From an uncultured Chloroflexia bacterium (lineage in GTDB: Bacteria > Chloroflexota > Limnocylindria > Limnocylindrales > CSP1-4): a stretch of 64,000 nucleotides of DNA. The notes below the pieces were generated by a model. The model saw only the letters and a program-made list of their open reading frames with translations, was not told where the DNA came from and made no database searches. Where the stretch lies: positions 2,528,001 to 2,592,000 of the forward strand of contig OY970218.1 in the NCBI GenBank assembly GCA_963713975.1. The letters are read 5' to 3'. A program made the position numbers and the translations under genes. Below, piece after piece: positions 55,021 through 64,000 of the stretch (its first letter is position 1; each line of letters begins with the position of its first letter).

Positions 55021-55605
55021 TCAGCCGCCGGTGCCGGCCGTCGGCGTGGGCGAAGCGTCCGGGGTCTTGTCCTTCCCGAACCAGCCGCCGCCGAAGCCGT
55101 GGCCGCGACCCTTGTCACCGCCGAAGAAGAACCCGCCGCGCCCGAGCGCCTTGAGCTCGTCGGTCGTGATCATGCCGTCATCCATCACGCCGGTCAGCTT
55201 GCGCAGGTAGCTGTCCGCGGGCAGCTTGTTGAACTCCTCCTTGGTGATCACGCCGTCGGCGAGGAAGTCCTTCGTCTGCCGCCAGTCGGCCTTCGCCTTC
55301 TCCATGGCGGCCTTGCGAGCCTCCTGGCGTGCGGTCTGCTCGGCTGCGACGGCCTCGAGGATCGCCGTCTTCTGGGCGGCGGTGATCGTGCCCTTCGCGA
55401 CCAGCGCGTCGAGCGCATCCGTGAGGACGGTGTCGGTCTTGAAGGGCTTCCTGGTCGGCTCCGCGGTCGGGGTGGCGGTCGGGGCGGCAGGAGCCTGGGC
55501 CTCGGGCGCGGCCGGGCTGCTCGTGGTCGCCATGACGGCGCCCGCGGCCCCGACGAGCAGGACAATCGCGAGCGGGATGCCGATGGTGGTCGTGTTGAGC
55601 TTCAC
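55021..55605 (-). CDS. Secreted hypothetical helical protein, paralog 1
   Basis: Colinear with 54250-54834 (KL..IGIPLA.VLLVGA.GAV, LVAKGTIT, FLADGVIT, LPADS). Confidence 0.75.
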   Translation of the reverse strand: MKLNTTTIGIPLAIVLLVGAAGAVMATTSSPAAPEAQAPAAPTATPTAEPTRKPFKTDTVLTDALDALVAKGTITAAQKTAILEAVAAEQTARQEARKAAMEKAKADWRQTKDFLADGVITKEEFNKLPADSYLRKLTGVMDDGMITTDELKALGRGGFFFGGDKGRGHGFGGGWFGKDKTPDASPTPTAGTGG

Positions 55606-55651
55606 CTGATGCCTCCGGTGAGCGGCGCGTCGACGGGCGACGGCCGGATGG

Positions 55652-57103
55652 TCACGGCGTGGGCTCCACGACTGTACGCCCGGTGTCATGGGGCTGGCTA
55701 CCCCCGGTGATGCCGAGGCGCACCACAAACGTCGCACCACCATCGGGCGTGGTCTCGTGCCACATCCGCCCGCCGTGGGCCGCCACGATGGCCGCGACGA
55801 TCGAGAGACCGAGGCCGGATCCGCCCCGATCGCGCGATCGGCCGGGGTCGCCGCGGTAGAAGCGGTCGAAGACGCGGGGCCCGTGGTCGGGGTCGATCCC
55901 GGGGCCATGGTCCACGACGCGCAGCTCGGCATCGGTGTCGCGTGTGCCAACGACGATCTCGACCGGCGTCGACGCGCCGGCGTGCACTCGGACGTTGGCG
56001 AGGAGGTTGGCCACGACCTGGCGGAGGCGGTCATCGTCCCCCTGGACGATGACCGGCCGGTCGATGGCACCGGTCACGGGGCGGTCTGGCTCCATCGCCC
56101 GCAGGTCCTCGATGGCATCATCGGCGATCCGGGCCAGGTCCACCGGGTCACGCCGGATCGGGCGACCCTGGTCGAGCCGAACAAGCAGGAGCAGGTCCTC
56201 CACCAGGACGCCCATGCGCCGGCTCTCGGTCCCGATCCGGTCCATGGCGGTATCCAGCGCTCCAGCATCGGTCAGGCCACCCGCCCGGTACAGGTCGGCA
56301 TAGCCGCGCACGGTCGTGAGGGGCGTGCGCAGCTCGTGGGATGCATCGGCGACGAAGCGCCGGAGTCGATCCTCGCTCCACTCCTTGGCGGCGAGGGCGC
56401 CCTGCTGCTCGTCGAACGCGGTCTCGATCTGGTCCAGCATGCTGTCGAAGGCAGTCCCCAGCCGTCCGACCTCCGTTTCGTCGTGCGGGAGACCGGCGCG
56501 ATGAGTCAGGTCTCCGACCGCGATCTGGTCGGCGGTCGTGGCGATCCGCTCGAGGGGCAGGAGGTCGCGCCGGATCACCAGCCAGGCAACGGCCACGAGC
56601 CCGACCATCGCGATCGCGCCTACCACCAGCAGGGTGCGGATCAACGCCGCCTCGGCGGTCTCCACGCTCGTCATCGGCGCCGCGATCGCCACCACCTGGT
56701 CCGCACGTCCGCGGGCGGTGAGCACGCGGTAGGACAGGGAGCCGTCAACGGCCTGCCGGTCCTCGATGCGCCCGAAGGCAGAATCCGGGAGGCCGGCCTC
56801 GTAGACGGGAAGGGCTGGCAGGGGATCGGGGTCGGTCGCGAAGCCGGACGGTACGCCGCGGACCACGTTGCCGCGGCGGTCGAGGCGGATCACCGCGAGG
56901 CGGCGGCCGGCCTCGGTGTCGGAGTCCGTGAGCCCGGTGAGGCGGTCGAGGGGTCCGGACTGGGCGACGAGGGACTCGAGATCGCGGTCGATACGGTCGA
57001 TGAGCGCCACCCGCGTCAGGCCGACCAGGAGGAAGCCGGAGACGACGAGCGCGACGGCCAGCATCAGCGCCAGCGATGCGAGGAGGCGGCTGCGGAGGCT
57101 CAC
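55652..57103 (-). CDS. HAMP-domain sensor histidine kinase
   Basis: Two TMs, DASHELRTPLT, NLLAN, DHGPG and GSGLGL. Confidence 0.95.
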   Translation of the reverse strand: MSLRSRLLASLALMLAVALVVSGFLLVGLTRVALIDRIDRDLESLVAQSGPLDRLTGLTDSDTEAGRRLAVIRLDRRGNVVRGVPSGFATDPDPLPALPVYEAGLPDSAFGRIEDRQAVDGSLSYRVLTARGRADQVVAIAAPMTSVETAEAALIRTLLVVGAIAMVGLVAVAWLVIRRDLLPLERIATTADQIAVGDLTHRAGLPHDETEVGRLGTAFDSMLDQIETAFDEQQGALAAKEWSEDRLRRFVADASHELRTPLTTVRGYADLYRAGGLTDAGALDTAMDRIGTESRRMGVLVEDLLLLVRLDQGRPIRRDPVDLARIADDAIEDLRAMEPDRPVTGAIDRPVIVQGDDDRLRQVVANLLANVRVHAGASTPVEIVVGTRDTDAELRVVDHGPGIDPDHGPRVFDRFYRGDPGRSRDRGGSGLGLSIVAAIVAAHGGRMWHETTPDGGATFVVRLGITGGSQPHDTGRTVVEPTP

Positions 57104-57157
57104 CTGGACCTCACCACCGGCTGGTTGCGCCGGCTTTGTGCGGTCGTCGTGCGCATG

Positions 57158-57868
57158 TCAGGCGGCGTCCTCGGCGCGCAGGACGTAGCCGAAGCCGCGG
57201 ACGGTCCTGATCAGGCGTGGTCCCGCATCGTCCAGCTTGCGGCGGAGGTAGCTCACGTATGTCTCCACGACGTTGTCCTCGCCGTTGAAGTCGTACTGCC
57301 AGACGTGGTCCAGGATCTGTTGCTTGGACAGCACGCGCTCCGGGTTGAGCAGGAAGTAGCGCAGGAGCCGGAACTCGGTGGGGGAGAGAAGTGCCTCGCG
57401 GCCCGAGCGCCAGACCTGGTGCCGATCCTCGTCCATCTCCAGGTCTCGGTAACGAAGGCGCGGGAGTGCGTCCTCGTCGCCATCCCGTCCCTTGCCGACC
57501 CGCCGCAGGAGCGCCGAGATGCGCAGCGTCAGCTCCTCCAGCGAGAACGGCTTGGTGACGTAGTCGTCGCCCCCGCGGACGAACCCCGTGACCCGGTCGT
57601 CCTCTGAGTCGCGCGCGGAAAGGAACATCACCGGGACGTGATCGCGCGCGTCGCGCAGCCTGCGGCAGACCTCGAAGCCGTCGATGTCGGGGAGCATCAC
57701 GTCCAGGACCACCAGGTCCGGCGCGACCGTGGCGGCAGCGTCGAGGGCGGCGAAGCCGGTGGGCGCAACGGTCACCTGGTAGCCCATGTAGCGCAGGGCC
57801 GTCGCGAGCAGCTCGGTGATGGCCGGCTCGTCGTCGACGACGAGGATGTGGGCGGGGGCGGCGCGCAT
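57158..57868 (-). CDS. OmpR/PhoP-like response regulator
   Basis: LVVDDE, LDVMLP, DDYVTKPF and TVRGFGY. Confidence 0.95.
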   Translation of the reverse strand: MRAAPAHILVVDDEPAITELLATALRYMGYQVTVAPTGFAALDAAATVAPDLVVLDVMLPDIDGFEVCRRLRDARDHVPVMFLSARDSEDDRVTGFVRGGDDYVTKPFSLEELTLRISALLRRVGKGRDGDEDALPRLRYRDLEMDEDRHQVWRSGREALLSPTEFRLLRYFLLNPERVLSKQQILDHVWQYDFNGEDNVVETYVSYLRRKLDDAGPRLIRTVRGFGYVLRAEDAA

Positions 57869-57889
57869 GCGTCCATTCCACGCCCCTCT

Positions 57890-57907
57890 CCTGAGAGGTT
57901 CCTGTGA
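57890..57907 (-). promoter_or_regulatory. Autoregulatory direct repeat TCACAGG-N4-TCTCAGG
   Basis: 11-bp-period repeat just upstream of the response regulator promoter. Confidence 0.6.
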
Positions 57908-58044
57908 GGTTTGGCTGGGACGCCCGAGCCAGGGCCCGACCGCCCACGGGGCTGCATCCCGCCAGGCACGACGCCGCCGATCCCATCGACGCCGCGAGAC
58001 GCAACGCGGGTGACGCGACTGCGCCCGCAGTGCATCATCCGGGC

Positions 58045-59049
58045 ATGTCAGACCTGCCTGCCTCGTTCCGCGCCTACGTCGTCGACCGTCCCGAGGGCGG
58101 CACCTTCTCTCGCGGTCTCCGTGAGATGAGCCCGGCGGAGCTGCCACCCGGCGAGATCACGATCCGGGTGGAATGGTCCAGCGTGAACTTCAAGGACGGC
58201 CTGGCCGCTCGCGAGGACGGCCGCGTGGCGCGCTCCTACCCGCTGATCCCCGGCATCGACCTCGCCGGCGTGGTCGTGGCCTCGGACGACGCCGCAGTGC
58301 CCGTGGGCGCCCGGGTTCTTGCCAACGGGTACGAGATCGGCACCGGGCGCCACGGTGGGTACGGCGAGCTCGCACGCCTGCCGTCGGACTGGGTGATTCC
58401 CCTGCCCGACGGGCTGACAGCCCGGGACGCGATGGCGATCGGCACCGCCGGGTTCACCGCCGCGATGAGCGTCCAGGCCCTGGAAGAGCGTGGTCTCCGC
58501 CCCGGCGACGGCCCGGTCCTCGTGACCGGCGCATCGGGCGGCGTGGGCTCGACCGCAATTGCGATCCTGTCATCACGCGGCCACGAGGTCTGGGCGGCGA
58601 CCGGCAAGGCGGATGAGGCCGACCGGCTGACGGCCCTGGGTGCCTCGGGGGTGCTGACTCGTGACGATGTCACCGCCCCGGGCCGGCCGCTCGACTCCGC
58701 GCGCTGGGCGGGCGCCGTGGACACGGTTGGCGCCGCCACCCTGCCCTACGTGTTGCGGACGCTCAAGCTGGGCGCCGCGGTCGCATCGTCGGGCAACGCG
58801 AGCGGCGCGGAGCTCACCACGACCGTGTTCCCGTTCATCCTGCGGGGCGTAGCGCTGCTCGGCATGGACTCCGCGAACATGGCGATCGAGGCGCGCCGGG
58901 CCCTCTGGAACCGGCTCGCCACGGACCTGTCGCCGCGTGGCATCGCCGTCGGCATCGCCGAGGTGGACCTGGCACACGTGGAGCCGGCCCTCGACGCGAT
59001 CGTCGCGGGCAAGGCACGCGGCCGCTGGGTGCTCCGCGTCTCCGAGTAG
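58045..59049 (+). CDS. Acryloyl-CoA reductase / YhdH-family MDR oxidoreductase
   Basis: SSVNFKDGL, PGIDLAG, IGTAGFTA, VTGASGGVG and PFILRGV. Confidence 0.9.
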   Translation: MSDLPASFRAYVVDRPEGGTFSRGLREMSPAELPPGEITIRVEWSSVNFKDGLAAREDGRVARSYPLIPGIDLAGVVVASDDAAVPVGARVLANGYEIGTGRHGGYGELARLPSDWVIPLPDGLTARDAMAIGTAGFTAAMSVQALEERGLRPGDGPVLVTGASGGVGSTAIAILSSRGHEVWAATGKADEADRLTALGASGVLTRDDVTAPGRPLDSARWAGAVDTVGAATLPYVLRTLKLGAAVASSGNASGAELTTTVFPFILRGVALLGMDSANMAIEARRALWNRLATDLSPRGIAVGIAEVDLAHVEPALDAIVAGKARGRWVLRVSE

Positions 59050-59096
59050 GTCCTCGTGGCCGGGTCGCGGATCGGCGGTCAGGCTCGCAGCTGCTT

Positions 59097-59918
59097 TCAG
59101 CCGTCGAGCTCGCCTCGTAGTTGCGCGAGCGCTCGCTCCAGCGGTTCCCGCGCCGTCGCGGCCGGGTAGGGTGCCGCCTCGATCGCCGCAGCAAGGTCCA
59201 TCTCGCCCGCGCTGACACGCCGTGCCAACGCCGCGATGGACCGGAACCCCTCCACGGAGGTCTCCACGAATGCCTTCCCGGCATGGGGGCCGTGCCCCGG
59301 CACCACCACGGTCCGCTCGCCCGTCATCGCCAGAATCCCGTCGGCCGTCGCCGGCCAGTCCATAGGGAAGCCGTCGCCGAAGTAGGGGGTCGCGCCGTTC
59401 TCCAGGAGGTCGCCCGCACAGAGGACTTCGGCGTCGGGAACCGTCACCACGATGTCGTTGTCCGTGTGGCCGCGTCCCAGGTACGCGAGCCGGATCTCGC
59501 GCCCGCCCAGGTCCAGCACGGCCGTCTCCGAGAACGTCTGGTCCGGCGGGTCCAGCACCACCTCGGCGAAATCTCCGGCGAGGTCGGGCATCTCCGCCGC
59601 GAGGGAGGCACGCCGTGTCTCGCCGTCGCGCTCGATCATCGCGACACACCGCTCGTGGCCCCAGATCACCGCCGGCCGGAAGACGTGGTTGCCGAACACG
59701 TGGTCGTAGTGGCCGTGGGTGTTGACGACGATGCCCACCCGCGGCGAGCCGAGGGCGCGGAGGTCGCCGAGGATCTCGCGCGCCTGGGCGTGCGTCGTGC
59801 GGGTGTCGATCACGAGGGCCTCGCCGTCGTCGCCCAGCACGGCCACGATGTTCTGGTCGTAGATGCGATAGCGACGCACGAACACGCGGTCGCCGATCTC
59901 GGTCCATGGTGCCGTCAT
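59097..59918 (-). CDS. MBL-fold metallohydrolase
   Basis: THGHYDH, GHTDND and VPGHG. Confidence 0.88.
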   Translation of the reverse strand: MTAPWTEIGDRVFVRRYRIYDQNIVAVLGDDGEALVIDTRTTHAQAREILGDLRALGSPRVGIVVNTHGHYDHVFGNHVFRPAVIWGHERCVAMIERDGETRRASLAAEMPDLAGDFAEVVLDPPDQTFSETAVLDLGGREIRLAYLGRGHTDNDIVVTVPDAEVLCAGDLLENGATPYFGDGFPMDWPATADGILAMTGERTVVVPGHGPHAGKAFVETSVEGFRSIAALARRVSAGEMDLAAAIEAAPYPAATAREPLERALAQLRGELDG

Positions 59919-59964
59919 GCGCGGATCGTAGCCGGAGCCGCCTCCGACGGGCTACCCTGACGCG

Positions 59965-60885
59965 ATGGATGTACCGGTCGATCCCTGGGGCCCGACGATC
60001 GGCGCCGCGCCGATGGCGGATGGGACGAACCTGCGCACGCTGCACTGGGAGTCCGATGGCGAGCCGTGGGCGGTGACGGAGATCGTGCACGGACTGGGCG
60101 AGCACGGCGGCCGGTACGGCAACGTTGCCGGGGCGATGACCGACGCCGGCATCGACACCTGGGCCTACGACCACCGCGGCAACGGTGGCTCGGACGGACC
60201 CAGCGTGTACGTCGAGCGCTGGTCGATCCTGCACGACGATCTCCAGGCCCGGCTCACCAGCCTCCGCGAGGCGCACCCCGGCAGGCCGCTGGTCCTGTAC
60301 GGCCACTCGCTGGGCGGCCTCGTCGCCCTGGGCTATGTGCTCGCTGGGCGTGACCGCCCGCAGCCGGACCTGCTCGTGCTCTCGGCGCCGGCCCTCGATG
60401 CCGACCTGCCGGCCTGGAAGCGCCGGCTGGCGGGGGTCCTGACCGGGGTCGTGCCGAAGCTGCAGATGGCCAACGACCTGCCGGGTGGCGCCCGATCGCG
60501 TGACAAGGCCGTCGATTCGAACGTCGCGGCAGACCCGCTGTGCGCCGACAAGTCCACGGTCCGCTTCGGTGCCGAGGGGTTCAAGGAACAGGAGCGCGTC
60601 CGCCGCCTGCTCTCGGGCATGGCCGCGATGCCGGTCCCCACCTATGTCCTGCACGGGTCCGCGGATCCGATCGTGCCGCTCCGGGCGACCGACGTCTTCG
60701 ACGACATGGGCAACACGACCCGGCGCATCCACGGCGGCCTGCGCCACGAGTGCCACAACGAGCCCGAGCACGCCGAGGTCCTGGCGGAGGTCGTCGAATG
60801 GCTGGGTGCGACGGCTCCGGGTTCGGGTCCCGGGGCGCAGGGCACGCCGGATGCCGTACCCGAGCCCGCGTCGGCCGGGGTGTAG
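59965..60885 (+). CDS. Lysophospholipase / alpha-beta hydrolase
   Basis: HGLGEH, GHSLGG, HGSADPIV and HECHNE. Confidence 0.9.
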   Translation: MDVPVDPWGPTIGAAPMADGTNLRTLHWESDGEPWAVTEIVHGLGEHGGRYGNVAGAMTDAGIDTWAYDHRGNGGSDGPSVYVERWSILHDDLQARLTSLREAHPGRPLVLYGHSLGGLVALGYVLAGRDRPQPDLLVLSAPALDADLPAWKRRLAGVLTGVVPKLQMANDLPGGARSRDKAVDSNVAADPLCADKSTVRFGAEGFKEQERVRRLLSGMAAMPVPTYVLHGSADPIVPLRATDVFDDMGNTTRRIHGGLRHECHNEPEHAEVLAEVVEWLGATAPGSGPGAQGTPDAVPEPASAGV

Positions 60886-60904
60886 ACTCCGCGGACAATC
60901 ACAT

Positions 60905-61001
60905 ATCCGCCTCCGGGGAGCGCGACAAGCGCTGAGAGTGTGGCTCCCGCAGCCACAGACCCGCGGAACCTGATCCGGCTCGTACCGGTGTAGGAAGCAG
61001 G
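60905..61001 (+). ncRNA. TPP riboswitch
   Basis: GGGGAG...GCTGAGA...ACCC..GAACCTGATCCGG.....CCGG.GTAGGAA consensus, upstream of thiY. Confidence 0.9.
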
Positions 61002-61071
61002 CCCGCTCGGTTCCACGCCGTCCCCGGTTCCCGGGGGCGGTCGTTTCCTGTCTGGAGGCACCGACGCCCTC

Positions 61072-62103
61072 GTGAATACCAGGTACCGCGCCAACGTGGC
61101 CCTCGTCGCTCTCGTGGCCCTGCCACTGCTGGTGACGGCGTGTGGTCCCTCTGCCCCGTCGCCGTCCGCTGCCGCGCCGTCCGCCGTCCGGCTGGCCCTG
61201 GACTGGACGCCCAACACCAACCACATGGCCTTCTTCGTGGCGCAGGCCAAGGGCTGGTACGAGGAGGCCGGCATCGAGCTCGACGTGCTGCCCTATGGCG
61301 GCACGGCGCCGGAGGCCATCCTCGCCGCCCACCAGGCCGAGTGTGGGATCAGCTTCCAGGATGCGCTCACCTTCGCGGCTGCGGCCGGCGCACCCATCGT
61401 GAGCACCATGGCGATCCTCCAGCACACGGCGCAGGACATCGCCGTGCTGGCCTCGTCCCCGGTCACCCGCCCGGCGCAGCTCGACGGAATGGTGTATGCC
61501 GGATTCGGCTACCCGAATGAGGTGCCCACGCTCGAGGCGGTCATCCAGGCCGATGGCGGCACCGGCGAGTTCGACACGGTCACCCTGGACACGGCCGCCT
61601 ACGAGGCGCTCTACAACCAGCGGGCCGACTTCGTGATCACGTTCAGCGCCTGGGAGGGGGTGGAGGCGGCCCAGCGGGGCATCGCGCTCCGGACGTTCAG
61701 GTTCACGGACTATGGCTTCCCGGACTTCTACCAGGTGGTCCTCGCCTGCGACAGGGACTGGATCGAGCGGAACCCGGCGGCCGCGAAGGCGTTCGTGGGC
61801 GCTACGGTCCGCGGTCTCGAGTTCGCGGCGGCCAACCCGGACGAGGCGGCCGACGTCCTCGTTGCCCAGAACCCGGGTGTGTTCGACGCCAACCCGGACC
61901 TGCCGAAGGCGTCCGCCCGCTTCATGGCGGAGCAGGGCCTGCTGCTGGACGCGGACGGGCGCGCCGGCACGCAGACCCTGGACACGTGGACCGGCTACTC
62001 GGGCTTCCTCTACGAGCAGGGGCTGCTGGTGGATCCCGCCGGCAAGCCGCTCACGGCGCCGCCGGATTACGGAGCGCTGTACACCAGCGACCTGATGCCA
62101 TGA
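61072..62103 (+). CDS. thiY: NMT1/THI5-like thiamine-precursor ABC substrate-binding lipoprotein
   Basis: VTAC lipobox, LDWTPNTNH and GWYEEAGI; TPP riboswitch upstream. Confidence 0.85.
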   Translation: MNTRYRANVALVALVALPLLVTACGPSAPSPSAAAPSAVRLALDWTPNTNHMAFFVAQAKGWYEEAGIELDVLPYGGTAPEAILAAHQAECGISFQDALTFAAAAGAPIVSTMAILQHTAQDIAVLASSPVTRPAQLDGMVYAGFGYPNEVPTLEAVIQADGGTGEFDTVTLDTAAYEALYNQRADFVITFSAWEGVEAAQRGIALRTFRFTDYGFPDFYQVVLACDRDWIERNPAAAKAFVGATVRGLEFAAANPDEAADVLVAQNPGVFDANPDLPKASARFMAEQGLLLDADGRAGTQTLDTWTGYSGFLYEQGLLVDPAGKPLTAPPDYGALYTSDLMP

Positions 62104-62137
62104 CCGCACCGGTGATCCCGACTGGGCCGCGTCCGCG

Positions 62138-62926
62138 ATGACCGGGCTCCGGAGGCGCCTGCCGACGCTGGTCCTGGTCGGGGCGATCCTGGTCCTGTGG
62201 GAGGCCTATGTCCGCCTCGCCGGGGTGGATCCCATCGTCCTGCCTGGGCCGGTGCGGATCGCCGATGCGCTCTGGACCTATCGCGACGACGCCGTCCGGC
62301 ATGCCCTGCCCACCGCCCTCGAGACCGTCCTCGGGTTCGCGCTCGCGGTGGTGCTGGCGATCGCGGCGGCGGCGGCGATGGACCGGGTGACCGCGGTCCG
62401 GCGCGCGGTCGAGCCAGTCCTCGTGACCTCGCAGACCATCCCCATCGTGGCCCTCGCGCCGCTGTTCCTGCTGTGGTTCGGGTTCGGGCTGCTGCCCAAG
62501 GTGCTGATCGTGATCCTGGTCACGTTCTTCCCCATCGTGGTCTCCCTCCTCGACGGGTTCCGGAGCACGCCTCCGGATGCCGAGGACCTGATGCGCTCCT
62601 ACGGCGCCACGGACGGCCAGGTGTTCCGCAAGCTGCGCTGGCCGGCCGCCCTGCCGTTCTTCTTCACGGGCCTGCGGATCTCCGTGGTGTACGCGGTGAT
62701 CGGGGCGGTGTTCGGCGAGTACGTTGGGGCGCGCGAGGGGTTGGGGATCTGGATGCAGATCAGCCAGAACGCGTTCAGGACGGACCTCGTGTTCGCGGCG
62801 ATCGTCGTCACGTCTGCGCTGTCGCTCGTGCTCTACGGCCTGGTTGGCGTAGCACGGCGGATCGCGATCCCGTGGGCGCCGGGCGTCCGTCGCGAGCCCG
62901 GGCTCGAGGACCAGCCGTTCACGTAG
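62138..62926 (+). CDS. thiX: Thiamine-precursor ABC permease
   Basis: SQTIPIVALAP, WFGFG and AVFGEYVG. Confidence 0.85.
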   Translation: MTGLRRRLPTLVLVGAILVLWEAYVRLAGVDPIVLPGPVRIADALWTYRDDAVRHALPTALETVLGFALAVVLAIAAAAAMDRVTAVRRAVEPVLVTSQTIPIVALAPLFLLWFGFGLLPKVLIVILVTFFPIVVSLLDGFRSTPPDAEDLMRSYGATDGQVFRKLRWPAALPFFFTGLRISVVYAVIGAVFGEYVGAREGLGIWMQISQNAFRTDLVFAAIVVTSALSLVLYGLVGVARRIAIPWAPGVRREPGLEDQPFT

Positions 62927-63158
62927 GCCGCGGGGCCTCGCCCGGTACCCCGGGACACCATCGGGCTATTGCGCCTTCGCGCGCGACGAGGCATCAAGGT
63001 GGTGCGCGAGAGCACCGTGTTTCGCGATGCTCGTCGTGCCCTCCGGGAAGTCGTCAACTGCCGCAGCCATCCACCGTCCACGCAAGCATCAGCCAGCGCC
63101 GGGTGAGCGTCCGCCGGCGACGGACGAGGCTGCCCGCGTCCAGCCCCGTGGGGGTCAC

Positions 63159-63737
63159 GTGATCTCCACTGGGCGCATGGTCCGCCGCCGCCGGCGCATC
63201 CTCGCCTTCGCGTGGGTCGTCGCGATCGCCGTCGCGGGCGGCGCCGGCGCCGTCTCGCTGGCCCTCTTCACCCGGGAGGGGCCGGTTGAAGTGCCATTCA
63301 CCGTGGGGACGATCTCGCTTGGGCTGGCTCCGGCGGGGACGCTCATCACGTTCTCGGGGATGGTTCCCGGAGATGCGGTGGCGGGCCCGCTCGAGATCGC
63401 CAACGGGGGAACCGGAGCGCTCCGGTATTCGATGACATCCGAGGCGACGGACCTGGATGGGAAGCACCTTCTCGACGTCCTGATGCTCGCCGTGGAGCGC
63501 CGGAGCGGGTGCGACGGCGCCGTCCTCGAGACGATCTACAGCGGCCCCATCGGTCTGGCCGCGTTCGGGGATCCAGCCCCCGGTCTCGACCCTGGCGACC
63601 GCGCGCTCGGGTCCGGCTCGTCCGAGGTCCTGTGCTTGAGCGCGATGCTGCCGGTGGGGACCGACTTCCTGTACGGCGGGGCGGCATCCACCGCGACGCT
63701 CACGTTCTGGGCCGAGCAGACGGCGGGGAACCCGTGA
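63159..63737 (+). CDS. TasA/camelysin-like SipW-exported protein
   Basis: Basic N-terminus, hydrophobic helix, SLA-LFT, FTVGTISL, MVPGD, NGGTGALRY and a terminal AEQ. Confidence 0.7.
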   Translation: MISTGRMVRRRRRILAFAWVVAIAVAGGAGAVSLALFTREGPVEVPFTVGTISLGLAPAGTLITFSGMVPGDAVAGPLEIANGGTGALRYSMTSEATDLDGKHLLDVLMLAVERRSGCDGAVLETIYSGPIGLAAFGDPAPGLDPGDRALGSGSSEVLCLSAMLPVGTDFLYGGAASTATLTFWAEQTAGNP

Positions 63738-64000
63738 GCGGGCCGAGGCGCGCCCTCGTGACCGCGCTGCGATGCGCCTTGTTCGCCATGGTGCTTGGCG
63801 GCCTCCTCGTGGCCGGTAGTGCAGCCGCGGCTCCGGCCACCAGCTATCGCCTGATCGCCCTCACCTCCGGCTCGATGGCTCCGACGGTTCCCATGGGCTC
63901 GCTCGCCGTCATCGAGAGCGTCGAGCCGGGTGAGGTCCAGGCGGGTGACGTGGTGACGGTCCGGCTGGGGTCCGGCGCCCTCCTCACGCACCGGGTCATC
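63734..64000 (+). CDS. Signal peptidase I, SipW/S26B type (3' truncated by the window)
   Basis: Translated by hand: TSGSMAP...GDVVT...LTHRVI (Ser-His type). Confidence 0.85.
   Translation, partial: MSGPRRALVTALRCALFAMVLGGLLVAGSAAAAPATSYRLIALTSGSMAPTVPMGSLAVIESVEPGEVQAGDVVTVRLGSGALLTHRVI

Noticed and set aside
58573-62109. Very long antisense or alternate-frame ORFs (1178 aa here; also 19106-22072, 24415-27093, 52573-54939)
   Set aside because: Shadow ORFs expected at ~70% GC. They overlap well-supported genes and have no motifs of their own (19106-22072 is real only from 21359).

Overview
A high-GC (~70%) bacterial chromosome segment. Gene content and style suggest a monoderm Chloroflexota- or Actinomycetota-like organism; this is inference. 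Left to right: (1) a truncated RCC1-repeat surface protein and a lipoprotein. (2) A 17-kb exopolysaccharide locus on the minus strand: LPxTS protein, sortase, DUF4012, wzc, wcaI-like GT, gmd, FkbM, fcl, wzx, wzy and four GTs, with several frameshifts. (3) An ABC exporter flanked by two inverted copies of a ~152-bp palindromic repeat. (4) Housekeeping genes up to glnS. (5) A ~15-kb accessory block between glnS and tRNA-Gln(CUG): DeoR, dhaKL, a lactonase, a sugar ABC transporter, CMD, an IS481 remnant, a 122-bp duplicated tRNA 3' end, Tm-1-like and PEP-hydrolase-family genes, and HOT. (6) vapBC, metY-metX, an OmpR-family two-component system with two paralogous secreted targets, a TPP-riboswitch thiY-thiX unit and a TasA/SipW pair. 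The most notable observations are a sortase with Ser in place of the catalytic Cys next to its probable substrate, an unannotated Met-Cys-Met leader peptide with terminator and antiterminator upstream of metY, and the Tm-1/PEP-hydrolase cassette in a tRNA-anchored island. All calls come from manual reading of motifs; no database searches were run.
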